A stretch of 64,000 bases of DNA. It comes from Flavobacteriales bacterium (GTDB lineage Bacteria > Bacteroidota > Bacteroidia > Palsa-965). The stretch is taken from positions 12,954-76,953 of the forward strand of contig JBEIPA010000024.1 of NCBI GenBank assembly GCA_040377305.1. Direction: 5' to 3'. Position numbers and translations under genes: made by a program. The notes below the pieces were generated by a model, which saw nothing but the letters and a program-made list of their open reading frames with translations, was not told the origin of the DNA and ran no database searches. Below are positions 38,330-47,554 of the stretch, piece after piece; within the stretch, counting starts at the first letter, position 1; each line of letters begins with the position of its first letter.

Positions 38330-40999
38330 TTAAGGATAAATGATAATGTTTTCATCATGCCACGAGTCCAACAGCCAATGCTGTGCTGGATTAATCATAT
38401 TAATGAGTACGTACATACAGACCGGGCAGAATGAAGCGAAAAAATCTTCCGTTTTTTCAAAATCCCTGATGATCATATCTTCTATCTCAAGATCGGTCCT
38501 GAATTTCAGAGGCCTGTACTGTGTTCTCATGATGCAACTCAACGAAGCGTGATATACATGTCCATGATGCAACGAACCGCCGGAAAAGAGCGCCGTTTTT
38601 TTAGGACTATTAAAATGAGCTTCAAGCGCGGTGCGAAAGGCTGCGGTTGTATTAGGAATGCCACGCGTCATCGACTTATCTATGATTTCATGGTGAGCGG
38701 CATTGGCATTCAGTGGAAACGGATTGGCTCGTAACAACGCACGTGTATCTTCTGAAACAAGTTCCTGTGGTACCCCGGCTAATAAGGTGGGTGCATACAA
38801 AATCATCTCCTCGTTGGCCGCAATAGTTGTGAGGCTAGCTGGCAGAATAGTACCGGTGATAGTTATCTGAATCGGATCGGTAGCAATTGCAGGAAACACC
38901 GGATCTGTTTTGATGTTCATCTGACCTGACACCCGGTATGTGATCGTATCAGAAGTATCTACGGGGTGTGGAGAACCCGTGCGCGTTAATGTTGCAATCG
39001 GCTCACTCCGTTTCCGTTTCCGGAGAAACACGACATCGTCTTTTGCAAACGGAACCGGTCCACCCATTATGGGCAACACTTGTGGCGGAATCAATATTTC
39101 AACTTTGTATTCTGAACCTACTTTAACTATTGATTTCACGAAACCACATTTCTTTATGCGGTGCCAACGCCATTTAATTTTATCAGGATCGATCATTGAA
39201 GCACCTGCGACAACTGGATCCGGAATCAACAGATCGTGTCTGGCTTGTACATTTCCATAACTGTCAAGATTGGAACGCTTACTGTCCGGATAGATCGCGT
39301 ATTTCCATCCGATCAATTTTGCATCATCTATTTCCAACCCGTCAAAACTGCTATCCGGAGGATGTTCGCCATATTCATCACCCAGGCAAAAGGAGTGGGA
39401 TAACTCGTGAGTAATTGTTGCTTTTACTTCGGCATCGAATCTATTCAGATCCGCGTTGCTTTGAACGAGCGTGACTTTGGGCCCAGCTTCCGTCACCTCA
39501 AACGTTTTTACACTCTCCCGTACCAATGCGAAAAATCCAGTCCCGATATTCTGCACGCGCGCATTCACTCCGCCACTCAGGAAACATATCTTGTTCGAAT
39601 CCGGTGCTCCAGTCTTAAAGAGTTTACCGACCTTATTTCCTGCAGCGTCCTCCAGGTGATCCAGAAATGTATCGAACTGGGCACGGCTCAGCCTCTTCTT
39701 CGAAAAGTGCATCATGCCATAGTCGCTGTCACGTTCAAATGATGTATAATCGTTTGACAGCAATCCCATTGCCGTATCTTTTTCTTCAGGCAGAACTCTT
39801 TTCCCGGCAACTTTCCATTTTTCCAGAAAACTACCCGTGCTTGCAATGAGATCTATCACGATTGGATCTACGGACGTGAGCGTTTTCCAATCTGCGATAA
39901 TCGTCGCATCTGATTTGGTAGAGTCTTCCTCTACAGGCATACCCAATCTGTAAAATAGATCCTGATACGTTGTTACCTCTGCTACAGCATTCAACTTCAC
40001 ACGGGAGACTATAGGAACAGGAATATATTTATCGCCACGTAAGCCACGTTGCATCATAGCTTCACATCGATTGGTACCTCCATTTTCCCTCGAAGGGATA
40101 AACACCTTCCACAGATTGATTCTGTCACTCAACCATGCATAGGGCAAGCTTGTGAGACCATAAAGAGTGTGTGCATAGTCGTCGAGTGTTGCATCAAAAA
40201 CATCTTTCTCTCCATCCACGAATCCATCGCATGCAAACAAAACATTCACGCGGTCTTGTGTTGCAGAATATCCCGGAGGACTACCCACAGCTATCAATTC
40301 TGCCTTGATCGACGAATCAGTTCCCGCCAACGTCTTCTTTACGCTGATCTCTCCCTTCGCATCTACGTTAATACCCAGTGTCGAATTCTTAATGGTAGCA
40401 GTTACCGCAAATTTTTTGTCTACCCCCGAAGATGTAGCCGTAATCTCCCCACTGGAATTGATCGAAATGTCCGAAGAAGGAACATCCTCCGCCCATGTGA
40501 TTGACAGCGGAAGTGTGGTGCCATAATTTACTTTCGAGCCAAAATCTCCCCGGTAAATATTGCCTATCTCTGCAACTACATTGTCATCAAATCTCGCTCT
40601 TACAGAAAATTGCGAACCGTTCAGTCCCGGATAAACAGTTAATGTTGATGGAGACAGCCACGCTTCAGCAATGGATTGATGCACGTGAATTCTTATTCCA
40701 GTAGGTCCTGAAGTGTCGGCGCCCACCGTTGCCGTAACATCAACTACAAAGTTTCTCTTTTCGACTGCAGGCGCCGCCCCATCGAGTTTTAAAAGACCGG
40801 TTGAAATATTCAGTTCAATATTGTGTCCGGTGAGTTTACCACCCGCTGTTACACCACTGAATTGAGCATTGAAGAGGTACGTCGCCGTAGAATGTTCGGT
40901 CTTGTAATTAGCATCAATGAGATCCTTAAGGTTTATTGATTGTCCCCGCAATAGATGAATATCATACGGCGGGTCAAATGTAGGAGCAGCGAGAGCCAT
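38330..40999 (-). CDS. M64 (IgA-peptidase-like) zinc metallopeptidase with N-terminal Ig-like domains, gene 1
   Basis: 'VNVLFACDGF...INLWKVFIPSRENG', 'THELSHSFCLGDEY' (HExxH), 'SCIMR', 'FCPVC'; no signal peptide. Confidence 0.75.
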   Translation of the reverse strand: MALAAPTFDPPYDIHLLRGQSINLKDLIDANYKTEHSTATYLFNAQFSGVTAGGKLTGHNIELNISTGLLKLDGAAPAVEKRNFVVDVTATVGADTSGPTGIRIHVHQSIAEAWLSPSTLTVYPGLNGSQFSVRARFDDNVVAEIGNIYRGDFGSKVNYGTTLPLSITWAEDVPSSDISINSSGEITATSSGVDKKFAVTATIKNSTLGINVDAKGEISVKKTLAGTDSSIKAELIAVGSPPGYSATQDRVNVLFACDGFVDGEKDVFDATLDDYAHTLYGLTSLPYAWLSDRINLWKVFIPSRENGGTNRCEAMMQRGLRGDKYIPVPIVSRVKLNAVAEVTTYQDLFYRLGMPVEEDSTKSDATIIADWKTLTSVDPIVIDLIASTGSFLEKWKVAGKRVLPEEKDTAMGLLSNDYTSFERDSDYGMMHFSKKRLSRAQFDTFLDHLEDAAGNKVGKLFKTGAPDSNKICFLSGGVNARVQNIGTGFFALVRESVKTFEVTEAGPKVTLVQSNADLNRFDAEVKATITHELSHSFCLGDEYGEHPPDSSFDGLEIDDAKLIGWKYAIYPDSKRSNLDSYGNVQARHDLLIPDPVVAGASMIDPDKIKWRWHRIKKCGFVKSIVKVGSEYKVEILIPPQVLPIMGGPVPFAKDDVVFLRKRKRSEPIATLTRTGSPHPVDTSDTITYRVSGQMNIKTDPVFPAIATDPIQITITGTILPASLTTIAANEEMILYAPTLLAGVPQELVSEDTRALLRANPFPLNANAAHHEIIDKSMTRGIPNTTAAFRTALEAHFNSPKKTALFSGGSLHHGHVYHASLSCIMRTQYRPLKFRTDLEIEDMIIRDFEKTEDFFASFCPVCMYVLINMINPAQHWLLDSWHDENIIIYP

Positions 41000-41127
41000 A
41001 CATGGGTTGTTTTAGTTCAATTCATCCGGAATGCAGATGCGCGCAATAAAAACAATAGTTCAATTGAAACGGGTTTGCAATTATACATGAGGCAAGTTAA
41101 TTAATTCACTTAACCTTGACGTATTCC

Positions 41128-41145
41128 AGTCGTTTACAAACGACT
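41128..41145. promoter_or_regulatory. dispersed palindrome, copy 4
   Basis: AGTCGTTT-AC-AAACGACT about 130 bp upstream of the DUF6603 operon start. Confidence 0.6.
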
Positions 41146-41466
41146 AGTTATCAACAATCCGTTTAATAATCAATTGGTGCATCCGGTCACTTGCCAAATT
41201 GTAAAACATGAAACCTGTATACAAACAAGAATAGTTCTGGGATGACACGACAAGGCCGAAAGTGCTGCTGTTATTATTTCAAAATACCTGAAAACAATAA
41301 TTTTTGCTCCTGAAAATTGTGCAGTCCAAAATATTCTTCAATGCTCGCGTACACTTCGATAGTATTCAAATGTCCGCTTCGGTTACTATCCTCTACATAT
41401 ACCCCTCCAAAAGTTTCGGCCATTCTCTCCTCCTCCACGAAGAAACGCCGCAAATCTCGGGTGCTC

Positions 41467-41496
41467 TATCCGTTTACAAACGTTTACAAACGGCTA
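41467..41496. promoter_or_regulatory. dispersed palindrome, copy 5 (tandem core)
   Basis: TATCCGTTTACAAACGTTTACAAACGGCTA about 40 bp upstream of the gene at 41538. Confidence 0.6.
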
Positions 41497-41537
41497 TCTC
41501 CTTTTTTTAGACTAAGTTTCCCGCTCAATCCGCTGTA

Positions 41538-42242
41538 ATGGAAACTTCTCACATCGTTGCTGTTGTTGCTTCTGGAGTCCTGGCAACTTTCGCTTTTATA
41601 TTTCATGAAACGATCAAGGAAATGATCAAAAAATCAATTTCTGATCAGAGTCCGCAACGTGTACGACGCTTTTTCGTTGTTCTCATCTTCATTGGAATCG
41701 CAATAGTATATGGATCCGGTTATGGCATAACTTCATTGATCGCCGATAATGATGTTCCCTCGATACCAGAATCTTCTAACCAAATCGACGAATACCAAAA
41801 TGATACAATACAGGCCATTGTTGAGGGCACTAAAATTATTATTGAAGAAGGTGAAGAATTTTTCGACAAGAAACGCTTACAGGATAGCACTGAACTCGTA
41901 AATCGCGAAAAGAGATGGGTATACAAAATTGGAGATCCTTTTGACAATGAATCTGACGCGTGGGATGCAGCGATGGCGTTATCGTACCTCGGCGACATAT
42001 CCATTTTCAAAGAGCAGCGTAAAAGCTATATGATCGTTTGCGATCCGATTTTTGATAAGGATGAATTAGAAGCTTCGCTCACTTCATACAAGTTTCAACT
42101 TGATTCACTAGGTCTGACCTATCGGATAACTGTAGTTGATCTCATGTCGTATTGTTCGAAAAAAGAAAGCATTGTCGAAACAGAAGCCATCGACATGCGC
42201 AAACGTGACGAAACATTTCCTTGCCTAACCTGTGAAAAATAA
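41538..42242 (+). CDS. hypothetical membrane protein (2 N-terminal TM segments)
   Basis: 234 aa ORF, two hydrophobic segments, acidic C-terminal domain. Confidence 0.7.
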   Translation: METSHIVAVVASGVLATFAFIFHETIKEMIKKSISDQSPQRVRRFFVVLIFIGIAIVYGSGYGITSLIADNDVPSIPESSNQIDEYQNDTIQAIVEGTKIIIEEGEEFFDKKRLQDSTELVNREKRWVYKIGDPFDNESDAWDAAMALSYLGDISIFKEQRKSYMIVCDPIFDKDELEASLTSYKFQLDSLGLTYRITVVDLMSYCSKKESIVETEAIDMRKRDETFPCLTCEK

Positions 42243-42705
42243 ATTATCCATGACCACTGCTCCACCTCCAGCTGATGCCAAACTCCACACATTAGTCCTA
42301 CAACAACAGCAACACATTAATCGGCTGCACGAAGAACTTCATTCGAACGCATTTGCTTTTGGTTTGAAAGTATTTCTATCAGTAATGCTGCAGATTGTCT
42401 GCTACCTGTTGTTTGCATTTGCAATCTACTTTGCAATCATCATACCGTCCGACTTTCCTTCCTTAATGGATATGATGAGAGAGGAAAGAAGCGCTGCAAT
42501 TGATCTAACCCTAAATATTCCAGCGTTGAATGAATTCCTGCTAGGCATTAAAATAACTCTCGCAACAATTTCCTTACCGGTTTTGATCTGCGCAATGCTG
42601 CTCGGACGTAACCGAAGAAAAAGCATGCGCATTCGACGCGCATTCCAGGAATTAGAGATGATGAAAAAGAATTTTGAGGCTGGGATCAAGGATGTGAGGT
42701 TTTGA
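42232..42705 (+). CDS. hypothetical 2-TM membrane protein
   Basis: 157 aa ORF (alternative ATG at 42250) with two TM segments. Confidence 0.65.
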   Translation: MKNKLSMTTAPPPADAKLHTLVLQQQQHINRLHEELHSNAFAFGLKVFLSVMLQIVCYLLFAFAIYFAIIIPSDFPSLMDMMREERSAAIDLTLNIPALNEFLLGIKITLATISLPVLICAMLLGRNRRKSMRIRRAFQELEMMKKNFEAGIKDVRF

Positions 42706-42786
42706 GGTCCGCAAATGTCCAGGTTGAAGTCTATGTAGTTTTATTCATATTGTCAAAACTCATTCCCTCTCCACCCCAACCCTTTA

Positions 42787-42882
42787 CCCACCCCCGTATT
42801 TCTACCCTCCCCCACCCCCGTATTTCTACGGTACCCAACCCCCGTATTTATACGGTACCACTTCCCCGTATTAATACGGGAA
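42787..42882. repeat. four 24-bp-period repeats, likely regulator boxes
   Basis: CCCCGTATT(T/A)(C/A)TAC with CGTATT at 42795, 42819, 42843 and 42867; the last copy is the perfect palindrome CCCGTATTAATACGGG. Confidence 0.75.
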
Positions 42883-42950
42883 ATGCGTTTGCGTGTTGAG
42901 CGGATAGGATGATCGCACTATGTTTGCTTTGCTAATCATCCTACGAACTC

Positions 42951-43928
42951 ATGACAACTCTACAAAAGTGCGCTATCGCGTTGCTTATGCTCGCGTTTTT
43001 TGCTGCTCCGATTTCAGCACGTGAATATGACAAAATAAATATCGATCGGTACAAGAGCGATTCCCTGAAGCCGGAAGATCTGATGTTCACGAAAGAATTT
43101 GCGACTGATCAGGATCGCGTGAACTTCAAAAAGCTTCGCACGTTTTATGATGCGCGATTACTCGAAGTACAGGCGATTGAAACTGCACTCGATGAGGAAT
43201 ATTATAATCTCGAGCCTGAAATTGATTTAATGCAGCAAGTGGTGGATGTGCTGGAAGAGAAATCGAAAGGACAGGATAAAGATCTGGTGGTTGTTGATCT
43301 GGGAAGTCAAGTCACTTTCAATTGGTACGTGAACCTGTGGGTGGGCAAACTCGATGAAGAACTTTTTGATTCAACTAAAGTCACTGTTTCAACGGTCAAG
43401 CGGAATTTGGTGCGAATGACCAAGTTGCTCGAGGAAACGAAGGAGACCGATGCAGAAAGAAATTGTCTGATCTATAATGAGTCTGTACTCAGAAGCGAAA
43501 TTGCAAATTGCATTGCACTCATCGACGAAGCATTAACGCCGGAATATCTTGAACAGGAGTATCGCAAAAACATTACCATGTATTTTGCGTTGATGATTGG
43601 CGTACTGTTAGCTGGATTCTTTCTGATCATTTACAAAAGATCGGACGCAACAATTGCCAACATGCTTCTTGGATCAAGCGGTTTGCAATTCCTCACCTTA
43701 TTCGTCCTGATTATTTCACTGATTCTATTTGGAATATTGAAAATCATTGGCGGATCAGAGCTCGCCGCAATTCTATCGGGAATATCGGGTTACGTACTGG
43801 GTAAGGGCATCAAAGAACAGGTTGCCGGGGCGCCGTCTGTGGTGAAAGAAATCAAAGAACAGAACAAGGCGGCTGTTGCACAGGAAGAAGTAAAAAAGGA
43901 AGAGGAGAAAAAAGACGAATCGAATTAA
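42951..43928 (+). CDS. hypothetical exported protein with coiled coil and C-terminal 3-TM anchor
   Basis: Signal peptide, helical body, 'LQFLTLFVLIISLILFGILKIIGGSELAAILSGISGYVLG'. Confidence 0.75.
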   Translation: MTTLQKCAIALLMLAFFAAPISAREYDKINIDRYKSDSLKPEDLMFTKEFATDQDRVNFKKLRTFYDARLLEVQAIETALDEEYYNLEPEIDLMQQVVDVLEEKSKGQDKDLVVVDLGSQVTFNWYVNLWVGKLDEELFDSTKVTVSTVKRNLVRMTKLLEETKETDAERNCLIYNESVLRSEIANCIALIDEALTPEYLEQEYRKNITMYFALMIGVLLAGFFLIIYKRSDATIANMLLGSSGLQFLTLFVLIISLILFGILKIIGGSELAAILSGISGYVLGKGIKEQVAGAPSVVKEIKEQNKAAVAQEEVKKEEEKKDESN

Positions 43929-44093
43929 GCACGCAACGGACCTTTAGGTTCTTGCTCTTCATTGCAGTTCTTAATTCTGCAATACACCCGCACGAACTCC
44001 TTCCTGAACGATGGGAGTTTGTTCGGGTGGAATGCAAATCTTCGACAGCTAGTGATGTCAATTGGCCCCTCTAACTGTCGTAGCTTTGAATTC

Positions 44094-44495
44094 ATGACCC
44101 GCCTACTACTCGTTTTCCTAACAGCAACGCTTCTCTCCTCCTGCTCCAACTCCGAAAACCTCCTTCTCGGTAAATGGAAATTCGATCGCGTAGAGAAGGA
44201 AGACGATTCGCTCAATGACAACACGTCAAGGGAAATCGCATGGTCATATCCCGGTTTTTTGGATCAGGAATATCAGTACATGCGCATGGAATTTTTCAGC
44301 AATGGCGAATGCTTCATCTATTACAATATGTTCAGCAATCAGAGCAATAGACCGTATGATATTTCTGACGACGGAAAGATCATTAACACAACTGACGAGT
44401 TCGGTCAGCCCACTCAGATCGAAATTGCTCGACTGGATGAAATAGAATTAGCGATCAGGCAAGATGGAGTGATCCTCGTGTTGGTACGTGAATAA
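44094..44495 (+). CDS. lipocalin-like lipoprotein (paralogue 1)
   Basis: Lipobox LLSSC, 'LLLGKWK', ends LVLVRE. Confidence 0.75.
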   Translation: MTRLLLVFLTATLLSSCSNSENLLLGKWKFDRVEKEDDSLNDNTSREIAWSYPGFLDQEYQYMRMEFFSNGECFIYYNMFSNQSNRPYDISDDGKIINTTDEFGQPTQIEIARLDEIELAIRQDGVILVLVRE

Positions 44496-44523
44496 TTGTC
44501 GCAACTAGTGTAGCTTTGAATTC

Positions 44524-44925
44524 ATGAAACACGCACTTCCGATTTTCTTCTTCCTGTTCATTTTCGCTTCCTGCTCGAATCCCGAAAAACTCATCCTGGG
44601 CAAATGGAAATTCCATCATATCGACACGGAAACGAAAGCTTCAGATTCAGATGCACTGAATAAACTGGCAGTGGCTATGAATAGCATGTTGGCAGAGTCG
44701 TACCAGGAAATGTACATGGAGTTTTATAACACGGGAGAGTGCGTGATCTATCAGGATTGGATGAGCGATGGAACAAAACGACCGTACTATCTCACACCAG
44801 ACGGTAAGTACATTGTTACGGAAACCGAAGATGTCGGTGAAGAAAAAATAGAAATTGTGCAGATCGATAATAAAGAACTGTCGATCAAACGGGATGGACT
44901 AACGCTCGTGCTCGTCAGAGAATAA
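44524..44925 (+). CDS. lipocalin-like lipoprotein (paralogue 2)
   Basis: Lipobox IFASC, 'LILGKWK', ends LVLVRE. Confidence 0.75.
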   Translation: MKHALPIFFFLFIFASCSNPEKLILGKWKFHHIDTETKASDSDALNKLAVAMNSMLAESYQEMYMEFYNTGECVIYQDWMSDGTKRPYYLTPDGKYIVTETEDVGEEKIEIVQIDNKELSIKRDGLTLVLVRE

Positions 44926-44936
44926 TTTGTTCGGCA

Positions 44937-45026
44937 TACCTACTTTAAGGTACTCACTCTCGTTTCGAAAAAATAAAATACCACTTTGTAGGTATGCAAT
45001 TTCACCGCTTTACCTACAATCAGGTA
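44937..45026 (+). promoter_or_regulatory. three TACC-N8-GGTA boxes
   Basis: Boxes at 44937-44952, 44979-44994 and 45011-45026 upstream of the TonB receptor. Confidence 0.6.
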
Positions 45027-45080
45027 TTGCTACAGAATCTGTATGTGCGGAGTTTTGTAAAATAAATTAATCTAAAACTT

Positions 45081-47477
45081 ATGCGTGCATTATTACTAAT
45101 GACACTGCTGATGATATCAGCAGCATGGAAATCATACGCTCAAAACGGAACAGTACAAGGCAGCATCGTCAGCTCCGATGGTAAGCCTGCAGGATTTGTG
45201 AATGTAGGATTGAACGGAACTAATAAAGGAGCTGCTGCCGACAGTCTCGGAAATTATACAATTGTAAATGTTGCTCCGGGAACATATACACTTGTGACCC
45301 GATACATTGGATTAAAATCTCAGGAAGTACAGATTGAAGTTACAGCGGGACAAACGACAACTGTACCACAGATCGTACTTGCAGAAGATGAACGTACACT
45401 ACAAGAAGTTGTAATCATTTCGAATCGTAATCGATACAATATCAACGACCCTTCTCCAACGTTACGCGTGACAACACCAATATTACAATTGCCACAGAAT
45501 ATTCAGGTGGTAACGAATGATGTATTGCGCGATCAGCAGGCAATCAGCATGAGCGATGGTGTAATGCGCAATGTAAGCGGACTCAATCGCTTCGAACACT
45601 GGGGTGATATGTATACGAACATTCAGGCGCGCGGATCACAGGTTGCAGCGTTCAGAAACGGATTCAATATTGTAAACTCATCCTGGGGACCTCTCACGGA
45701 GGACATGTGTTTTGTGGATCACATTGAATTTGTGAAAGGTCCTGCAGGTTTCATGTTATCGAGCGGCGATCCTGCTGGTATTTACAACACGGTAACAAAA
45801 AAGCCTACCGGTTACACGAGTGGAGAAGCAAGTGCAACTATCGGAAGCTTCGGTTTGTTTCGCAGCACACTCGATCTCAACGGTCGATTAAGTAAAGATG
45901 GACGCTGGTTGTATCGTTTCAACATGGCTGCACAAACGAAAAAATCGCACCGCGCGAATGAATATAATGACCGATATACAATTGCTCCCGTGATCTCCTA
46001 TAAGCTCGATGACCGAACGGTTCTCACCCTGGAATACAATTACCAGCGCGCGAACATGAGCAACGTTGGATCTTACTACATGTTCTCTCCAAGCGGATAC
46101 GATACATACGATGTGAGTGCAACAGCATTACCAGCTGGCCTGGAAGGAACCGTGATTAACGATCACTCTGCATTCATGAACCTGCAACACAAATTCAACA
46201 ACGACTGGAAAATCACAGCACAACTTGCCCGCTTCTTCTACAGTCAGGTTGGAACTTCGATGTGGGCAGGTGTTGTTGATTCTGCAAGCGGAAAATGGAT
46301 ACGTAACGTTGGAGTATGGGATGCAGAAAGTCGCATGAACATGGGACAGATTTTCGTAAACGGAAAATTCATGACCGGGCCGCTTACACACAATCTTCTC
46401 GCAGGAATGGATGCTGCAAACAAAAGCTATCTCGCCGATTGGGGACAAAGTTTTGATCTTGATTCAGTAGGTGCTGAATTTGATCCGAACAATCCGAATC
46501 TCGGAACACCGGTAAATGGTTACCCGGAATTCGATCGCACTACTCCACTCTTACAACGTGCACAAGCTGCTGGCGGGCTAATGAATCTTCGTTACACCAG
46601 TGCGTATGCGCAGGATGAAATTTCCTTGCTCAACAATCGTGTTCGCGTAACACTTGCAGGACGCTACACCTTCCTCGTACAGGCAAACTGGGGAGGGAAA
46701 CCAGATACCGCTTCTCATTTCACACCGCGTGTTGGCGTAAGTGTATCGGTAATGAAAGACATGGCTGTGTATGCTTTGTATGATCAGTCATTCATTCCCC
46801 AGAGCGGCCGTCGTGCTGATGGCGGAAAAGTGGTACCGATCACAGGAACAGTTATGGAACTCGGAGTTAAGAATGCCTGGTTCGAAGGAAAATGGAATAC
46901 AACTGTTTCAGTTTACCAGATCGTGAATCGCAATGAGCTAACATCTGATCCGAACAGTCCACCTGCATCTGGTTTGAGCATTGAAATTGGCGAGAAGACA
47001 AATCAAGGTGTGGAGTTTGATCTTCGTGGAAATGTTGTACGCGGTTTGGATGTAATCTTCAACTATGCATTCACAAACAGCAAAGTAACAAAAGTGAGTG
47101 AAGGAGTAACAGTAATCGAAGTAGGTGATATCATACCGGGAAATGCACGTCATACGATGAACGCGTGGTTAACCTACAAGCTTCCTATCAATGCTACGAA
47201 CGGACTTGGTGTTTCACTCGGAGTAACTTACCTGAAAGACCGGACTTCAGTAGGTGATGCATACTGGGGCGATGCAACAAAGAAGCGCATGGAAGATTAC
47301 TTCAAAACAGATGCCGGTATTTTCTGGGAGCGCCAGAACATGCGCATCACAGCGAACGTATTTAATGTGATGGATGCCTATCTCTCAAGCGGAGTTTACT
47401 ACGTGTGGAGCAATGCTTACTACTATCAGACTGAAGCGCCTAGAAATCTTCGCGTGTCAGTAAACTACAGATTCTAA
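45081..47477 (+). CDS. TonB-dependent siderophore-type receptor
   Basis: CarboxypepD_reg-like N-domain, 'LQEVVI' TonB box, plug 'IEFVKGPAG', C-terminal 'PRNLRVSVNYRF'. Confidence 0.92.
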   Translation: MRALLLMTLLMISAAWKSYAQNGTVQGSIVSSDGKPAGFVNVGLNGTNKGAAADSLGNYTIVNVAPGTYTLVTRYIGLKSQEVQIEVTAGQTTTVPQIVLAEDERTLQEVVIISNRNRYNINDPSPTLRVTTPILQLPQNIQVVTNDVLRDQQAISMSDGVMRNVSGLNRFEHWGDMYTNIQARGSQVAAFRNGFNIVNSSWGPLTEDMCFVDHIEFVKGPAGFMLSSGDPAGIYNTVTKKPTGYTSGEASATIGSFGLFRSTLDLNGRLSKDGRWLYRFNMAAQTKKSHRANEYNDRYTIAPVISYKLDDRTVLTLEYNYQRANMSNVGSYYMFSPSGYDTYDVSATALPAGLEGTVINDHSAFMNLQHKFNNDWKITAQLARFFYSQVGTSMWAGVVDSASGKWIRNVGVWDAESRMNMGQIFVNGKFMTGPLTHNLLAGMDAANKSYLADWGQSFDLDSVGAEFDPNNPNLGTPVNGYPEFDRTTPLLQRAQAAGGLMNLRYTSAYAQDEISLLNNRVRVTLAGRYTFLVQANWGGKPDTASHFTPRVGVSVSVMKDMAVYALYDQSFIPQSGRRADGGKVVPITGTVMELGVKNAWFEGKWNTTVSVYQIVNRNELTSDPNSPPASGLSIEIGEKTNQGVEFDLRGNVVRGLDVIFNYAFTNSKVTKVSEGVTVIEVGDIIPGNARHTMNAWLTYKLPINATNGLGVSLGVTYLKDRTSVGDAYWGDATKKRMEDYFKTDAGIFWERQNMRITANVFNVMDAYLSSGVYYVWSNAYYYQTEAPRNLRVSVNYRF

Positions 47478-47485
47478 TTTGCCCT

Positions 47486-47545
47486 CCTTGCCGTTCCGAA
47501 ACAGTGTAATTCATTGGTGTGATTTACTCCTAAGGAACGGCAAGG
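47486..47545. other. intergenic stem-loop (12-bp stem, 36-nt loop)
   Basis: CCTTGCCGTTCC...GGAACGGCAAGG between the TonB receptor and PepSY genes. Confidence 0.55.
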
Positions 47546-47554
47546 TTACTTTAT

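Noticed and set aside
25276-40704. Many short plus-strand ORFs opposite the giant operon, and similar antisense ORFs elsewhere
   Set aside because: Shadow ORFs of long coding genes with no motifs.
25211-40999. eCIS, T6SS, Tc toxin or prophage assignment for the giant operon
   Set aside because: No recognisable sheath, tube, VgrG, baseplate, RHS/YD, terminase or portal motifs.
42787-42882. CRISPR array (also considered for 51121-51183 and 60774-60939)
   Set aside because: No unique spacers of about 30 bp between identical repeats and no cas genes in the window.
42702-42899. 65 aa ORF with 8-aa repeats (PRISTLPH/PRISTVPN) as a possible RiPP precursor
   Set aside because: The repeats are explained by the 24-bp DNA palindrome array; weak start codon and no adjacent modification enzymes.
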